A stretch of 64,000 nucleotides of DNA from Minisyncoccota bacterium (GTDB lineage: Bacteria; Patescibacteriota; Minisyncoccia; Phycocordibacterales; UBA2100): assembly GCA_018060545.1 (NCBI GenBank), contig JAGOVW010000001.1, forward strand, positions 61,203-125,202. The letters are read 5' to 3'. How positions within the stretch are numbered: position 1 is the stretch's first letter; each line of letters opens with the position of its first letter. This document shows, one piece after another, positions 1 through 8,760 of this stretch. A model generated the notes under the pieces. That model saw nothing but the letters and a program-made list of their open reading frames with translations, was not told the DNA's origin and ran no database searches. The translations under genes were made by a program, and so were the position numbers.

Positions 1-1343
1 TTGCGCACCAGGCGCTGCCCAATCACTACGCGCAGTGTCGATACCAGAAGGAAGGGCTCGATGCCCATATCCATCAAGCGCGGAATAGCGCCAGCTGCTG
101 AGTTGGTGTGCAAGGTTGAAAGCACCAAGTGACCGGTGAGTGCTGCGTTAATGGCGAGGCTCGCCGTTTCTTTGTCTCGAATTTCACCCACCATGATGAT
201 ATCTGGGTCTTGGCGCACCAAGGAGCGCAATCCCGACGCGAAGGTAAAACCAATATCAGGGCGCACTTGTGTTTGGTTCACACGCGGCATCTGATACTCG
301 ATCGGATCTTCGACAGTCGAAATGTTTACTCCCGGAGTATTGAGAATATCGAGCAGTGTATAGAGCGTGGTTGATTTACCTGAACCCGTCGGTCCGGTGG
401 TAAGGATGAGTCCGGTCGTCTTGCGCATAGCCTCGTGGATGCGCTCCAGACCCGTTCCATGGAAACCAAGTGCTTCGAGGGTAAAGCCAGAAACGGTCTC
501 ACGCAAAAGACGCATGACAATCTTTTCCCCATAATACACAGGCAGAATAGATACACGGAATGACACCTTCTCACCAGATGATTCGATGGCAAATCGACCA
601 TCTTGTGGCAAGCGCTTTTCGTCGATGCGTAGGTTGGAGAGCACTTTCACACGCGCAGTGATCGCGGGTGCAGCCTGTTTCGGGAGCACCATCGCGTCGT
701 GCAAAATACCGTCAATGCGATAGCGAATCACCAGCGACTCTTCTTGTGGCTCAATGTGAATATCAGAAGCATTCTGAGCAATAGCGTGGCGCAAAAGCGT
801 ATCTACAATACGCACGGCGGAACCGCTTTCTCCTTGTTTTTGCGCTTCAGCATCTCCCGTGCTCAGTGATTGTGTTTCCTTACGGATAACCTCCCCAAGG
901 TTATCGTTCAGCGTGTGCTGGTACTGTTTTAATGCAGATTTGATTGACGCAACATCGGTAAGGCGCGGCTGAATCTTCAATCGCGTCTTCTTTTTAATGA
1001 AATCCAGTGAAGCCAAATCATCCGTATTAAGCATGGCCACCTCCAGCTCGTCCGCTTTGTGACTATACGCAATAATGTTGTTACGCCGTGCAATCGGTTC
1101 CGGAATCATCGACAGCGTTTGAAAATCAACCTTGGTACCTTTCAAGTTAACAAAAGGAATACCAAGAATGTACGCGTACGTGCGGCGCAGCTCGTCTTCA
1201 CCAATCTCACCCTCTGCAACCAGCACCTCACCGACAGTTTTACCCGTCTTTACACTCTCACGCTCTGCGTTTTCAAAATTGGATTTGCCGACGAGCCCTG
1301 CGTCGAGCAGAAATTTTTTAAGGTGATCGTTGGCTATATACAT
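1..1343 (-). CDS. pilB: Type IV pilus / type II secretion assembly ATPase (PilB/GspE family). The C-terminus runs off the window start, so it is partial
   Basis: Minus-strand translation from ATG (revcomp of 1341-1343) gives MYIANDHLKKFLL...DTLLRHAIAQNASDIHIEP...LTTGPTGSGKSTTLYTLL...MVGEIRDKETASLAINAALTGHLVLSTLHTN. Walker A (GPTGSGKST) and the GspE signature are present. Absent from the ORF track, presumably because it is edge-truncated. Confidence 0.85.
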   Translation of the reverse strand, partial: MYIANDHLKKFLLDAGLVGKSNFENAERESVKTGKTVGEVLVAEGEIGEDELRRTYAYILGIPFVNLKGTKVDFQTLSMIPEPIARRNNIIAYSHKADELEVAMLNTDDLASLDFIKKKTRLKIQPRLTDVASIKSALKQYQHTLNDNLGEVIRKETQSLSTGDAEAQKQGESGSAVRIVDTLLRHAIAQNASDIHIEPQEESLVIRYRIDGILHDAMVLPKQAAPAITARVKVLSNLRIDEKRLPQDGRFAIESSGEKVSFRVSILPVYYGEKIVMRLLRETVSGFTLEALGFHGTGLERIHEAMRKTTGLILTTGPTGSGKSTTLYTLLDILNTPGVNISTVEDPIEYQMPRVNQTQVRPDIGFTFASGLRSLVRQDPDIIMVGEIRDKETASLAINAALTGHLVLSTLHTNSAAGAIPRLMDMGIEPFLLVSTLRVVIGQRLVR

Positions 1344-1422
1344 AGAGGAATGGAAACACGTGAAAGAAACTCCTGCCGAAGACAGGCGTCATGCGCGACG
1401 TAATTATAGCAAGTGTTTCTTG

Positions 1423-2661
1423 TTACAAACGTCCTCGTGCACGTTCCGCGTTGAGAATGCGTTCGATTGATTCATGGTACGCCGCACTGCGCAGGGTACT
1501 TCCTTTTGAAACACTGCGCGCCATCACGCGTGCATATGCATCAAGGATACTCTTCTGTAATTTCTCATTAATGAGTTCTTCGTCCCACGTTTCTCCCGCT
1601 CGATTCTGCAACCACTCGAAGTAACTAACGGTCACACCTCCCCCATTAGCCAAAATATCGGGGATCACTCGCACACCTTTCATCGCCAATATTTCATCGG
1701 CTCCCACTGTGGTGGGTGCATTTGCCATCTCAATAACGAGTTGCGCCTGGACGGTGGATGCATTGTATTTGTGTATTTGGTGTGCCAGTGCGGATGGCAC
1801 CAACACCTGTACCGGTAATGCGAGCAGCTCTTCGTTCGAAACGGGCGACCCTTCAGGCAAGGTTTTTTCAGCGAGAGATGCTTCGAGCGCAGCGAGCGTA
1901 AAACCTTCGGGGGCATACACTCCCCCTTTGCTTCCTGACACCGCAACCACCTTGAAACCAAGTCCGGTCGCCAAACGAGCAAACCATCCACCTACATTCC
2001 CAAATCCCTGAATTCCAATGGTGGTTGCTGCAGGGTTCCATCCTTGTTCCTGCGCGTATCGCTCTAATAGATAGACGCCGCCACGCCCTGTTGCACTGTC
2101 ACGACCTAACGACCCCCCTTGCGCCACAGATTTGCCGGTAACTACCGCACGAGCGGGGTGCCCCACCATCTTTTCGTACTCGTCCACAAACCAATCCATA
2201 GTTTGTGCCCCCGTATTTACATCAGGCGCAGGGATGTCAGTATCGGGCCCTACGGTTGTCCCCAACGCCCGTACAAAAGCTCGCGTGAGGCGCTCGAGCT
2301 CGGCAACGCTCAGTGATTTAGGGTCACATGTTATGCCTCCCTTACCTCCACCGTAGGGGAGCCCTGCCAACGAGTTCTTCAGCATCATGAGAAATGCCAA
2401 TTCCTGCACCTCACCTTCATCAACTTCAGGATGGTACCGCAAGCCCCCTTTTGTTGGTCCGAGCGCATCGTTGTACTGGACACGCAAACCACTGAAGACC
2501 CTCACCGAGCCATCGTCCATCATGATGGGCATCGTGGTCGAAATGGTGCGCTGTGGGTGCTCCAGAATAGCCTTCTCCTTCGGAGACAAGTTGAACCCTT
2601 GTGTGATATCGAGCAACCGGCTCTGGCACGCGACGCACGCAGACGAATTGATTATATGCAT
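1423..2661 (-). CDS. gdhA: Glutamate dehydrogenase (Glu/Leu/Phe/Val dehydrogenase family)
   Basis: Track ORF 1423..2724; the family motifs are K-GG-LRYHP, PYGGGKGG and GFGNVG. The true start is probably an internal Met (MHIINSS..., 2661) rather than 2724. Confidence 0.85.
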   Translation of the reverse strand: MHIINSSACVACQSRLLDITQGFNLSPKEKAILEHPQRTISTTMPIMMDDGSVRVFSGLRVQYNDALGPTKGGLRYHPEVDEGEVQELAFLMMLKNSLAGLPYGGGKGGITCDPKSLSVAELERLTRAFVRALGTTVGPDTDIPAPDVNTGAQTMDWFVDEYEKMVGHPARAVVTGKSVAQGGSLGRDSATGRGGVYLLERYAQEQGWNPAATTIGIQGFGNVGGWFARLATGLGFKVVAVSGSKGGVYAPEGFTLAALEASLAEKTLPEGSPVSNEELLALPVQVLVPSALAHQIHKYNASTVQAQLVIEMANAPTTVGADEILAMKGVRVIPDILANGGGVTVSYFEWLQNRAGETWDEELINEKLQKSILDAYARVMARSVSKGSTLRSAAYHESIERILNAERARGRL

Positions 2662-2751
2662 CAAGAAATCGTAGCACGCGTAGTGCGATATTCGAGGAAC
2701 ACACACAAGCATTTCAAGCGTCATATGGTACTCACCTCATGATGGGTGGGC

Positions 2752-2780
2752 TTGCACATTTCCCACAAACACGCTATAAT
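2752..2780 (+). promoter_or_regulatory. Near-consensus sigma70-type promoter upstream of nusA (TTGCAC - 17 nt - TATAAT)
   Basis: TTGCAC at 2752-2757 and TATAAT at 2775-2780, with a 17-nt spacer. Followed by a leader hairpin agtccggcacgcgccggact (~2811-2830). Confidence 0.5.
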
Positions 2781-2892
2781 GCACCTATCGCTGAATACAG
2801 CAATGTATGTCAGTCCGGCACGCGCCGGACTTTCTCTGTTTATGGCGATCGAGTGGTTTACTTTATATAACTATCAAAATAATTAGTACGTT

Positions 2893-4101
2893 ATGGCCTT
2901 GCTAGACCTAAAAGCACTTAACCTCGCCCTTGATGAACTCCGCGAAGAGCGTGGCGTTTCTCGCGATTCTGTTATTTCTGCTATTGCGACCGCACTCGCA
3001 ACCGCATACCGCCGCGAATACGGCAAGAAAAGCCAAATCATCCGCTGCGCCTTTAACCCTCAGACGGGAGAAATGGAGTTCAAGCAGGCAAAAATTGTTG
3101 TAGACGATTCTCTTGTGTACGACATCGAGAAGGAGCCAGAGCGAGCCGAGGATGACCACCGCTCTCGCTTTAACCCAGAGCAGCACATCATGATTGATGA
3201 TGCGCGTCGCATGAAAAAGGATGTGCAGCTCGATGAGGAAATTACTTTCCCCCTTGAGACGCGTGAAGATTTCGGCCGCATTGCTGCGCAAGCCGCCAAG
3301 CAGGTGATTCTCCAAAAGATTCGTGAGGCAGAGCGAGAGTCCATGATGGCAGAGTACGGTGAGCGCGAAGGTGAAATCGTCACCGGTCACGTACAGCGTT
3401 TCGAGCGAGGAAACCTCTTCATTGATTTGGGCCGCGCTACCGCTATCCTCCCCTACGATGAACAGATTCCTGGAGAGCGCTACCGCCAGGGTGAACGCAT
3501 TCGCGCACTCCTCTTTAAGGTGGACGAGAACGCTCGAGGCTCATTCCTCAAACTGTCTCGTTCACACCCACGCTTCCTCACCAAGCTGTTTGAAACCGAG
3601 GTGCCAGAGCTTGCGCAAGGCACGCTTGAAGTGAAAGCAGTGGTTCGCGAGCCAGGAAGTCGTGCGAAAATCGCTATCTTCTCAAAGGATTCACACATTG
3701 ATCCAGTGGGTGCGCTCGTTGGTCAGCGTGGTGTTCGTGTTGCAGTGGTTACTTCTGAACTCGGCGGCGAGAAAATCGACGTGGTGGAATGGAGCGAGAA
3801 TCCTGCGGAATTCGTACGTGAAGCACTGAAGCCTGCTGAAATCCAAGATGTCACTATTTCTGAGGACGACGGCCGCGCAACTGCTCAGGTTGCTGAAGAC
3901 CAGCAGTCACTTGCAATTGGTCGCGGTGGCCAGAACGTGCGCCTCGCTGCGCGCCTCACGGGTTGGAAAATTGATATCCGCTCAATGGGAGGTTCTTCGC
4001 TTGCTGACGAAAGCGGCCAGGCTCCTGCTCCAGAAGCACCAGCAGTAGATCCTGAAGTAGCTGCTGCAGCAGCTGTAGAGGCAGAAAAGCTTGAAGAATA
4101 A
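2893..4101 (+). CDS. nusA: Transcription termination/antitermination factor NusA
   Basis: N-terminal LDLKALNLALDELREERGVSRDSVISAI, an S1 region, and KH domains (GRGGQNVRLAARLTGWKIDI). No rimP upstream or infB downstream in this window. Confidence 0.9.
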   Translation: MALLDLKALNLALDELREERGVSRDSVISAIATALATAYRREYGKKSQIIRCAFNPQTGEMEFKQAKIVVDDSLVYDIEKEPERAEDDHRSRFNPEQHIMIDDARRMKKDVQLDEEITFPLETREDFGRIAAQAAKQVILQKIREAERESMMAEYGEREGEIVTGHVQRFERGNLFIDLGRATAILPYDEQIPGERYRQGERIRALLFKVDENARGSFLKLSRSHPRFLTKLFETEVPELAQGTLEVKAVVREPGSRAKIAIFSKDSHIDPVGALVGQRGVRVAVVTSELGGEKIDVVEWSENPAEFVREALKPAEIQDVTISEDDGRATAQVAEDQQSLAIGRGGQNVRLAARLTGWKIDIRSMGGSSLADESGQAPAPEAPAVDPEVAAAAAVEAEKLEE

Positions 4102-4116
4102 AACACAGGACGACAC

Positions 4117-4147
4117 GAAAAGCCGCGCACTTTGTGCGCGGCTTTTC
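4117..4147. terminator. Bidirectional intrinsic terminator hairpin between convergent nusA and the 850-aa ORF
   Basis: gaaaagccgcgcacTTTGgtgcgcggcttttc. An 11-bp GC-rich stem is flanked by an A-run and a T-run. A near-identical copy lies at 7581-7611. Confidence 0.65.
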
Positions 4148-4148
4148 G

Positions 4149-6698
4149 TTATACTCCCACTTCAGCAGGCTTCTTTAACACCCGCACCAATATATCTTTT
4201 AAAGTTTCTGGCTCGGCTTTCGTGATAGGTAGGCCAGCAATAATCTGTTCCAATAGTTCGTTAAACCCGCGTTCTTTCATGAGGGGCAGATCAGCTTCCA
4301 TACGCGCACGAACAGCATCTGGTTGTTCGGAAATGAACGTCTCTATTGTTGTATACGCCGCACCCACTCCGCCAGAGACCCACTCGTCACGCGTATCGGC
4401 AAGGTGCCCCAAAATCGACGCCATTCTTCCTGAAGACGGCACAGTGATGTGTGCGAACCCATCCTTCGCACTCTCGGCGCATTCAGGTACAGACCAGCCA
4501 CCGCCGTTAATGACCAGCGTTGCGGTTGGATGACCTTCTGAAATTCGGGCGAAAAGAGCCTGTCTCCCAATTGCATGCGGCAAGTAGCCATTATAATCAC
4601 CGCCCGGCGACCATCCGGCAATGAATCCAGACAAAATCATGTCGATGGGCAACGCTGGAAAGAAATCTTTAAGCATTTCCCTCGGGTACCCCGTATCGCC
4701 AATATCCATACTTAACCCTGGCTCGAACCCGACAATAGTAAAAGCAGGAACTTCCTCTTCCCGTAAGGTCGCCTTGTATTCCCACCATTTGCGAGCAACA
4801 GTTTCCGCAATCTTTCCTGACATCGTGCCTTGCATACATATGTTTGCACCTGTTTCTTTTCCTGCCTGAATGACGGCGCTCGCAATTGCATCAATTTTTC
4901 CTTGGTCTTCAACGTTCTCAAAAGCGGCCCCAGTTACTAACACCAGGGTAGGCGCAGGCTTGAGCCCAAGTGCACGCACTGCTTTCCCTTCGAGGGAGTA
5001 CGGCATACCATGCTCATTTCCCGCTTTGACCACTAGAAAGCGAGGATGTGTAGCTGGCAGCGATGCAAGAAAATCGGCAACCTTTTGCCTCGAATCTTCT
5101 GGCAAGGAGGCGACGTATTGGTCGTCCATCATCACCTCCTCCCGCTTGGGATTACCTAAATATTTCTCGACAATAGCGGGTATCGATTGTCCGGTGAGAC
5201 GGCTGCCATACCACGTCGCAATCTTTTCTTTTAAAAAGTCATTAAATACGGCTACCTCCCTATCTTCAATGGTTTTTTTGGCTATTGCCACTTTGAATGC
5301 TGCCGCTTGAGCAAGAAGTGACTCGTACTCAGTAGGCGGCATTTCATTTACTAACACAGAACACAATCCTTCAATTGCAGAGGTAACTCCTGAGACGAGC
5401 GCGGCGTCAATATCAATATTTTTTTCGTGTACGGTACGAGCGAATTGCGACACCTCTCGCTGTAATGTTTGGAAATGAAAATACGGAAGTAACAGACCTT
5501 CGAATGCTTCAAACGACGCGTTGTCGATCACAGGGATGCTCTCGTAGTTTCTTTGCAAACACTGCGCAGGTGAAGCTTCATTACCTTGTTCCACGACACC
5601 TTGTGGACCCATATACTCTGCGCGAATGTGTTTCTTCGTATCTATGAGCACGCGCACATAACGCTCGCCCGTCCAAAATCCTACGAACTCAACACCATCG
5701 GCGCGCTTACCACGCACCGCTTCGATGCCGAGCGCACTCAAATCTGCATAGCTGAGTTGCTCAAAGAGAACTGAAAGTATCTTTGAAACTTCTGCGTTAA
5801 GTGGGTCGGTGTACAGCCTTTCTCGCCTATTTTTATATACATCTTTGTTGAACCGAGCTGTTTCATGAGAATCATGTACAGAGCGCCAGGTGGCGGGATG
5901 CTGCGCGCGATACAGCTCGTCGCCATCACCTCCCTTGTATCCATGAAAGTTGAGGCGTGACGCAAGATTCAGGAGTGTCATTACTCGCGAAACAGCCTCT
6001 CTTTGCATATCTTCCGGGTTTACGTATTCACCCATATCGGCAGTTAAAAAGGCACGTAGTCGTTCGCTGGGAATATGTTGCCCGCCCGCGCAAGCATCAA
6101 CGAGCAAATCGAGATTGCCACGCATATACATAAGCAGCCGCGCCGCTTTGTCTGTCGAAGGATCCGGTAGTGCATGCTGTTCGTAGATATTCAATTCCTG
6201 GATGCGGTCATGGAGCAGTCCCGCCTGAAACGTGCTCAGTTCTGCAACAGACCCGCTGTCTCCTCGTGCTTCTGCAGTGCGCAGCGCCAATTCCATCTCG
6301 GCAAGATTGACTGACTCTTCGCCACTCACGACTCCTCCTTGTACACCAACACGATGAACCGCATCGAGGAGCGCCTCTGAAACCTCGGTATACGGAACAT
6401 GCGAGTGGACACCATCTTTACCACCAATATCTATGCGCAAACCATTAGCGTCTGGCCACAGCGAGACAGGAACTCCTTCCTGCTTCCATTGCTCAATGAG
6501 ACTTTTCCCCGCACTGCCTCGGTGTACAAAAAGCCCTTCAACAAAACTAGTGCGTTTCTCGATGGGAGCACCACGCAATTCTGCTTTGCGCAGCTGCTCG
6601 ATGATGCTGCCTGCGTCTTTGGGAGATTGGATGTTTGCCAGTACGCTGCCTATTTCCTGTTCCATGTGTTGCTGTGGTTGCCGTGGCGGCCTGTTCAT
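4149..6698 (-). CDS. Large hypothetical protein (~849 aa). The C-terminal ~250 aa resemble a SLOG-superfamily Rossmann domain (DprA/LOG-like); the N-terminal ~600 aa have no recognizable domain
   Basis: Track ORF 4149..6779. I place the start at Met 6698 (MNRPPRQ...) because an intrinsic terminator hairpin (6714-6752) sits inside the longer N-terminal extension. C-terminal motifs: LVLVTGAAF...GKIDAIASAVIQAGKETGANICMQGTMSGKIAETVARKW, FTIVGFEPGLSMDIGDTGYP, ILSGFIAGWSPGGDYNG, LVINGGGWS. Confidence 0.5.
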   Translation of the reverse strand: MNRPPRQPQQHMEQEIGSVLANIQSPKDAGSIIEQLRKAELRGAPIEKRTSFVEGLFVHRGSAGKSLIEQWKQEGVPVSLWPDANGLRIDIGGKDGVHSHVPYTEVSEALLDAVHRVGVQGGVVSGEESVNLAEMELALRTAEARGDSGSVAELSTFQAGLLHDRIQELNIYEQHALPDPSTDKAARLLMYMRGNLDLLVDACAGGQHIPSERLRAFLTADMGEYVNPEDMQREAVSRVMTLLNLASRLNFHGYKGGDGDELYRAQHPATWRSVHDSHETARFNKDVYKNRRERLYTDPLNAEVSKILSVLFEQLSYADLSALGIEAVRGKRADGVEFVGFWTGERYVRVLIDTKKHIRAEYMGPQGVVEQGNEASPAQCLQRNYESIPVIDNASFEAFEGLLLPYFHFQTLQREVSQFARTVHEKNIDIDAALVSGVTSAIEGLCSVLVNEMPPTEYESLLAQAAAFKVAIAKKTIEDREVAVFNDFLKEKIATWYGSRLTGQSIPAIVEKYLGNPKREEVMMDDQYVASLPEDSRQKVADFLASLPATHPRFLVVKAGNEHGMPYSLEGKAVRALGLKPAPTLVLVTGAAFENVEDQGKIDAIASAVIQAGKETGANICMQGTMSGKIAETVARKWWEYKATLREEEVPAFTIVGFEPGLSMDIGDTGYPREMLKDFFPALPIDMILSGFIAGWSPGGDYNGYLPHAIGRQALFARISEGHPTATLVINGGGWSVPECAESAKDGFAHITVPSSGRMASILGHLADTRDEWVSGGVGAAYTTIETFISEQPDAVRARMEADLPLMKERGFNELLEQIIAGLPITKAEPETLKDILVRVLKKPAEVGV

Positions 6699-6713
6699 GC
6701 GCCGATTATCGCA

Positions 6714-6752
6714 CAAAAAAAATGGGACGTGCACGAATGCACGTCCCAAAAA
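6714..6752 (-). terminator. Intrinsic terminator (minus-strand orientation) for the upstream high-GC ORF. It lies just upstream of the 850-aa ORF start
   Basis: Minus-strand read: gggacgtgca-ttcg-tgcacgtccc followed by TTTTTTTT. A GATAAT -10-like hexamer (revcomp of 6705-6710) lies between the hairpin and the ATG at 6698, which suggests a very short or leaderless 5' UTR. Confidence 0.5.
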
Positions 6753-6842
6753 CATCACCTCGCTTTCGGTTCGACCCACACAGTCGCCTGTGTGGGGCTC
6801 TCAGCAATAGAGAGCGTTAGATTCGAACACCGTATTCAAGGT

Positions 6843-7409
6843 TCAGTCACGCGGAGGATCACCCGCGTTCACTCGCCCATCTTCGTAGAGTTTCGGAAAG
6901 GAGGCGTCGTCGACGACCCAGATGCGGTTCCTCGCGATATTCGTCACGAGGTAGTCGCCAGAGCCGACTTCTAGCGGTCCTTTCTTCGACTCAGACGTGA
7001 CGAAGCGGCACGCCTTCTTGAACTTCCCGAGCACAACAACTGGCGCCGTCTTCTGTGCAAGAACGACATGTGTCTCCGAGCCGTACAGCTCGAAGAGGCG
7101 GTCGCCGCGCGGGTCGTCCCCAACGGCAAGTTCGCGGATCACCCGGAAGTCGACCGTGAATTGGTCGTTCGGGTACTCGTTGATCTTGCCCTCCCCATTG
7201 TCCATCGCCGCAACCTGGTGCCAATGACGGCCGCCGATTGCGTCGAGCTGGCCCCACGGCGCCTTGATGGCAACGGTGCCCAGCGCTTCCGGAACCAAGC
7301 ATGCCGCGATGTTGCCTTGCGGATTGGGGCGAGCCCAACCATGCACGGGCATCATGTAGCGGGCTGAGGGGGGAGTTTCCTTCGAGAAGGTCGGTTTCCA
7401 AAAAAACAT
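6843..7409 (-). CDS. Hypothetical protein in a visibly high-GC segment (candidate horizontally acquired gene)
   Basis: 188-aa ORF with a GGAGAG RBS 5 nt upstream of its ATG. The third codon positions are G/C-rich, unlike its neighbours. No family recognized (…PGDYLVTNIARNRIWVVDDASFPKLYEDGRV…). Confidence 0.5.
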   Translation of the reverse strand: MFFWKPTFSKETPPSARYMMPVHGWARPNPQGNIAACLVPEALGTVAIKAPWGQLDAIGGRHWHQVAAMDNGEGKINEYPNDQFTVDFRVIRELAVGDDPRGDRLFELYGSETHVVLAQKTAPVVVLGKFKKACRFVTSESKKGPLEVGSGDYLVTNIARNRIWVVDDASFPKLYEDGRVNAGDPPRD

Positions 7410-7580
7410 CTTTTCTCTCCATCAAAGCCACCCAATGTGGCAAACACAGCGCCCATGGATGCGGGCGCTGGGCATTGCCACCTACATGGTGACTCCAATG
7501 GAGTGTTGCCCTGTTACAGGCACCTCAAGTATTATACACAATTGTGTATAAATGTCAATGCACTGGCGCCTCTCTTTTAC

Positions 7581-7611
7581 GAAAAGCCGCGCACTCTGTG
7601 CGCGGCTTTTC
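7581..7611. terminator. Intrinsic terminator hairpin downstream of ppa; a sequence duplicate of the 4117-4147 hairpin
   Basis: gaaaagccgcgcacTCTGgtgcgcggcttttc. It differs from the 4117 copy by 1 nt in the loop. Confidence 0.6.
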
Positions 7612-7628
7612 TCCTTTGTTTTCAAGCC

Positions 7629-8159
7629 TTATTCTCCCTTAAATCGCTCGATGCACTCCTTGATGACAGCCACTGCGTCTTCTTTGCCACCGTAGCCCAA
7701 TACCTTTGTGGTTCCTCGCTTTTTTAGGTCTTTGTAGGTATTGAAGTGGTACTCGATCTTGTTTTTCCACATTTCCCCCAAATCATCGAGCGTTTTTACG
7801 CGATTACCACTGTCTCGGTCGTCTGCTGGGACGCAGATAATCTTGTGATCTTTTTCTCCGTCATCTTCGAAATTCAGCACCCCGAGAATTGCGGCCTCCA
7901 CGACAACTCCCATCGGTACGGGCTCTGGCGTTATGAGGAGCGTGTCCAGCTCATCACCGTCTTCGTCTTTGGTGCCTGGAATGAAGCCATAGTTTGCTGG
8001 TTTTGCGAAAATTGCAGGTTCTACGCGATCCAACTCAAATGCGCAGGTCTTGCGGTTGTACTCAACCTTAAGAATCGACTTTTCAGGAATCTCTATGACC
8101 GTATTGACGGTAAAAGAGTCCAAGTCCCCAGGGGTATATGCCGTGTTGAAGTTAGTCAT
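7629..8159 (-). CDS. ppa: Inorganic pyrophosphatase (family I)
   Basis: DGDELDTLL (DGDPLD-like) metal-binding motif; 176 aa; the overall pattern is that of soluble PPase. Confidence 0.9.
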   Translation of the reverse strand: MTNFNTAYTPGDLDSFTVNTVIEIPEKSILKVEYNRKTCAFELDRVEPAIFAKPANYGFIPGTKDEDGDELDTLLITPEPVPMGVVVEAAILGVLNFEDDGEKDHKIICVPADDRDSGNRVKTLDDLGEMWKNKIEYHFNTYKDLKKRGTTKVLGYGGKEDAVAVIKECIERFKGE

Positions 8160-8227
8160 AACTATATGTACTTACTGTTAGTAGAGATGCTGCGAGTATA
8201 CCGTGCCCACCATAGAGAGCAAAGAGT

Positions 8228-8252
8228 GAACCCGCGGCTTGCCGCGGGTTCC
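8228..8252. terminator. Terminator hairpin downstream of the 8269..8601 ORF
   Basis: gaacccgcggcttgccgcgggttc, a perfect 10-bp stem. Confidence 0.5.
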
Positions 8253-8268
8253 AAAACCGGTGACAGAG

Positions 8269-8601
8269 TCACCAGAAAAAGATAATGCGCCTGAAACGGT
8301 GCTCGTACGATTCAAAACCAATGTACCCGTGAAATCGTTCCCACGTCCACAGACGAATAATACTTGCCACCTCCCACGGCTCGAAAAGGTCTGTTTTAAG
8401 CGGTACAGCGTCTAGTGCTGTCCTTCCAGAGCCACGCCCTGCTCGGCGTTTTGCCACCAATTGGTCGTGATACCCATCAAGGGTTGCTCGAATGTCTACA
8501 CGTGCAGCGCGGCGCTCAGCGAGTGCGGCGCTCGTCTTTTGAACATACTCGTGTGGATTAACCGAACGAGCATGTGATATCTCGTGTGCATAGCGTGCCA
8601 T
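8269..8601 (-). CDS. Hypothetical small basic protein (110 aa)
   Basis: I place the start at Met 8601 (MARYAHEISHARS...), which has a GGAG RBS 8 nt upstream. The longer track ORF (to 8712) lacks an RBS. Confidence 0.4.
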   Translation of the reverse strand: MARYAHEISHARSVNPHEYVQKTSAALAERRAARVDIRATLDGYHDQLVAKRRAGRGSGRTALDAVPLKTDLFEPWEVASIIRLWTWERFHGYIGFESYEHRFRRIIFFW

Positions 8602-8760
8602 GGCCAGTCTCCTTCTGGCACTTTTGTACCATACATTTAGTAAGCAAACATCATCCACCACGTCTCCCTTTGCGCACTGGAAATGGTGGTATCCTGTAGA
8701 GAACACAGCCACCTCGGGATGTGCAGTTCAAATTATTATTAGTTCGTAGATGTAAATTGT

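Noticed and set aside
2908-3698. Several 70-160-aa ORFs on both strands inside nusA
   Set aside because: All lie within the confidently identified nusA reading frame. There is no independent support
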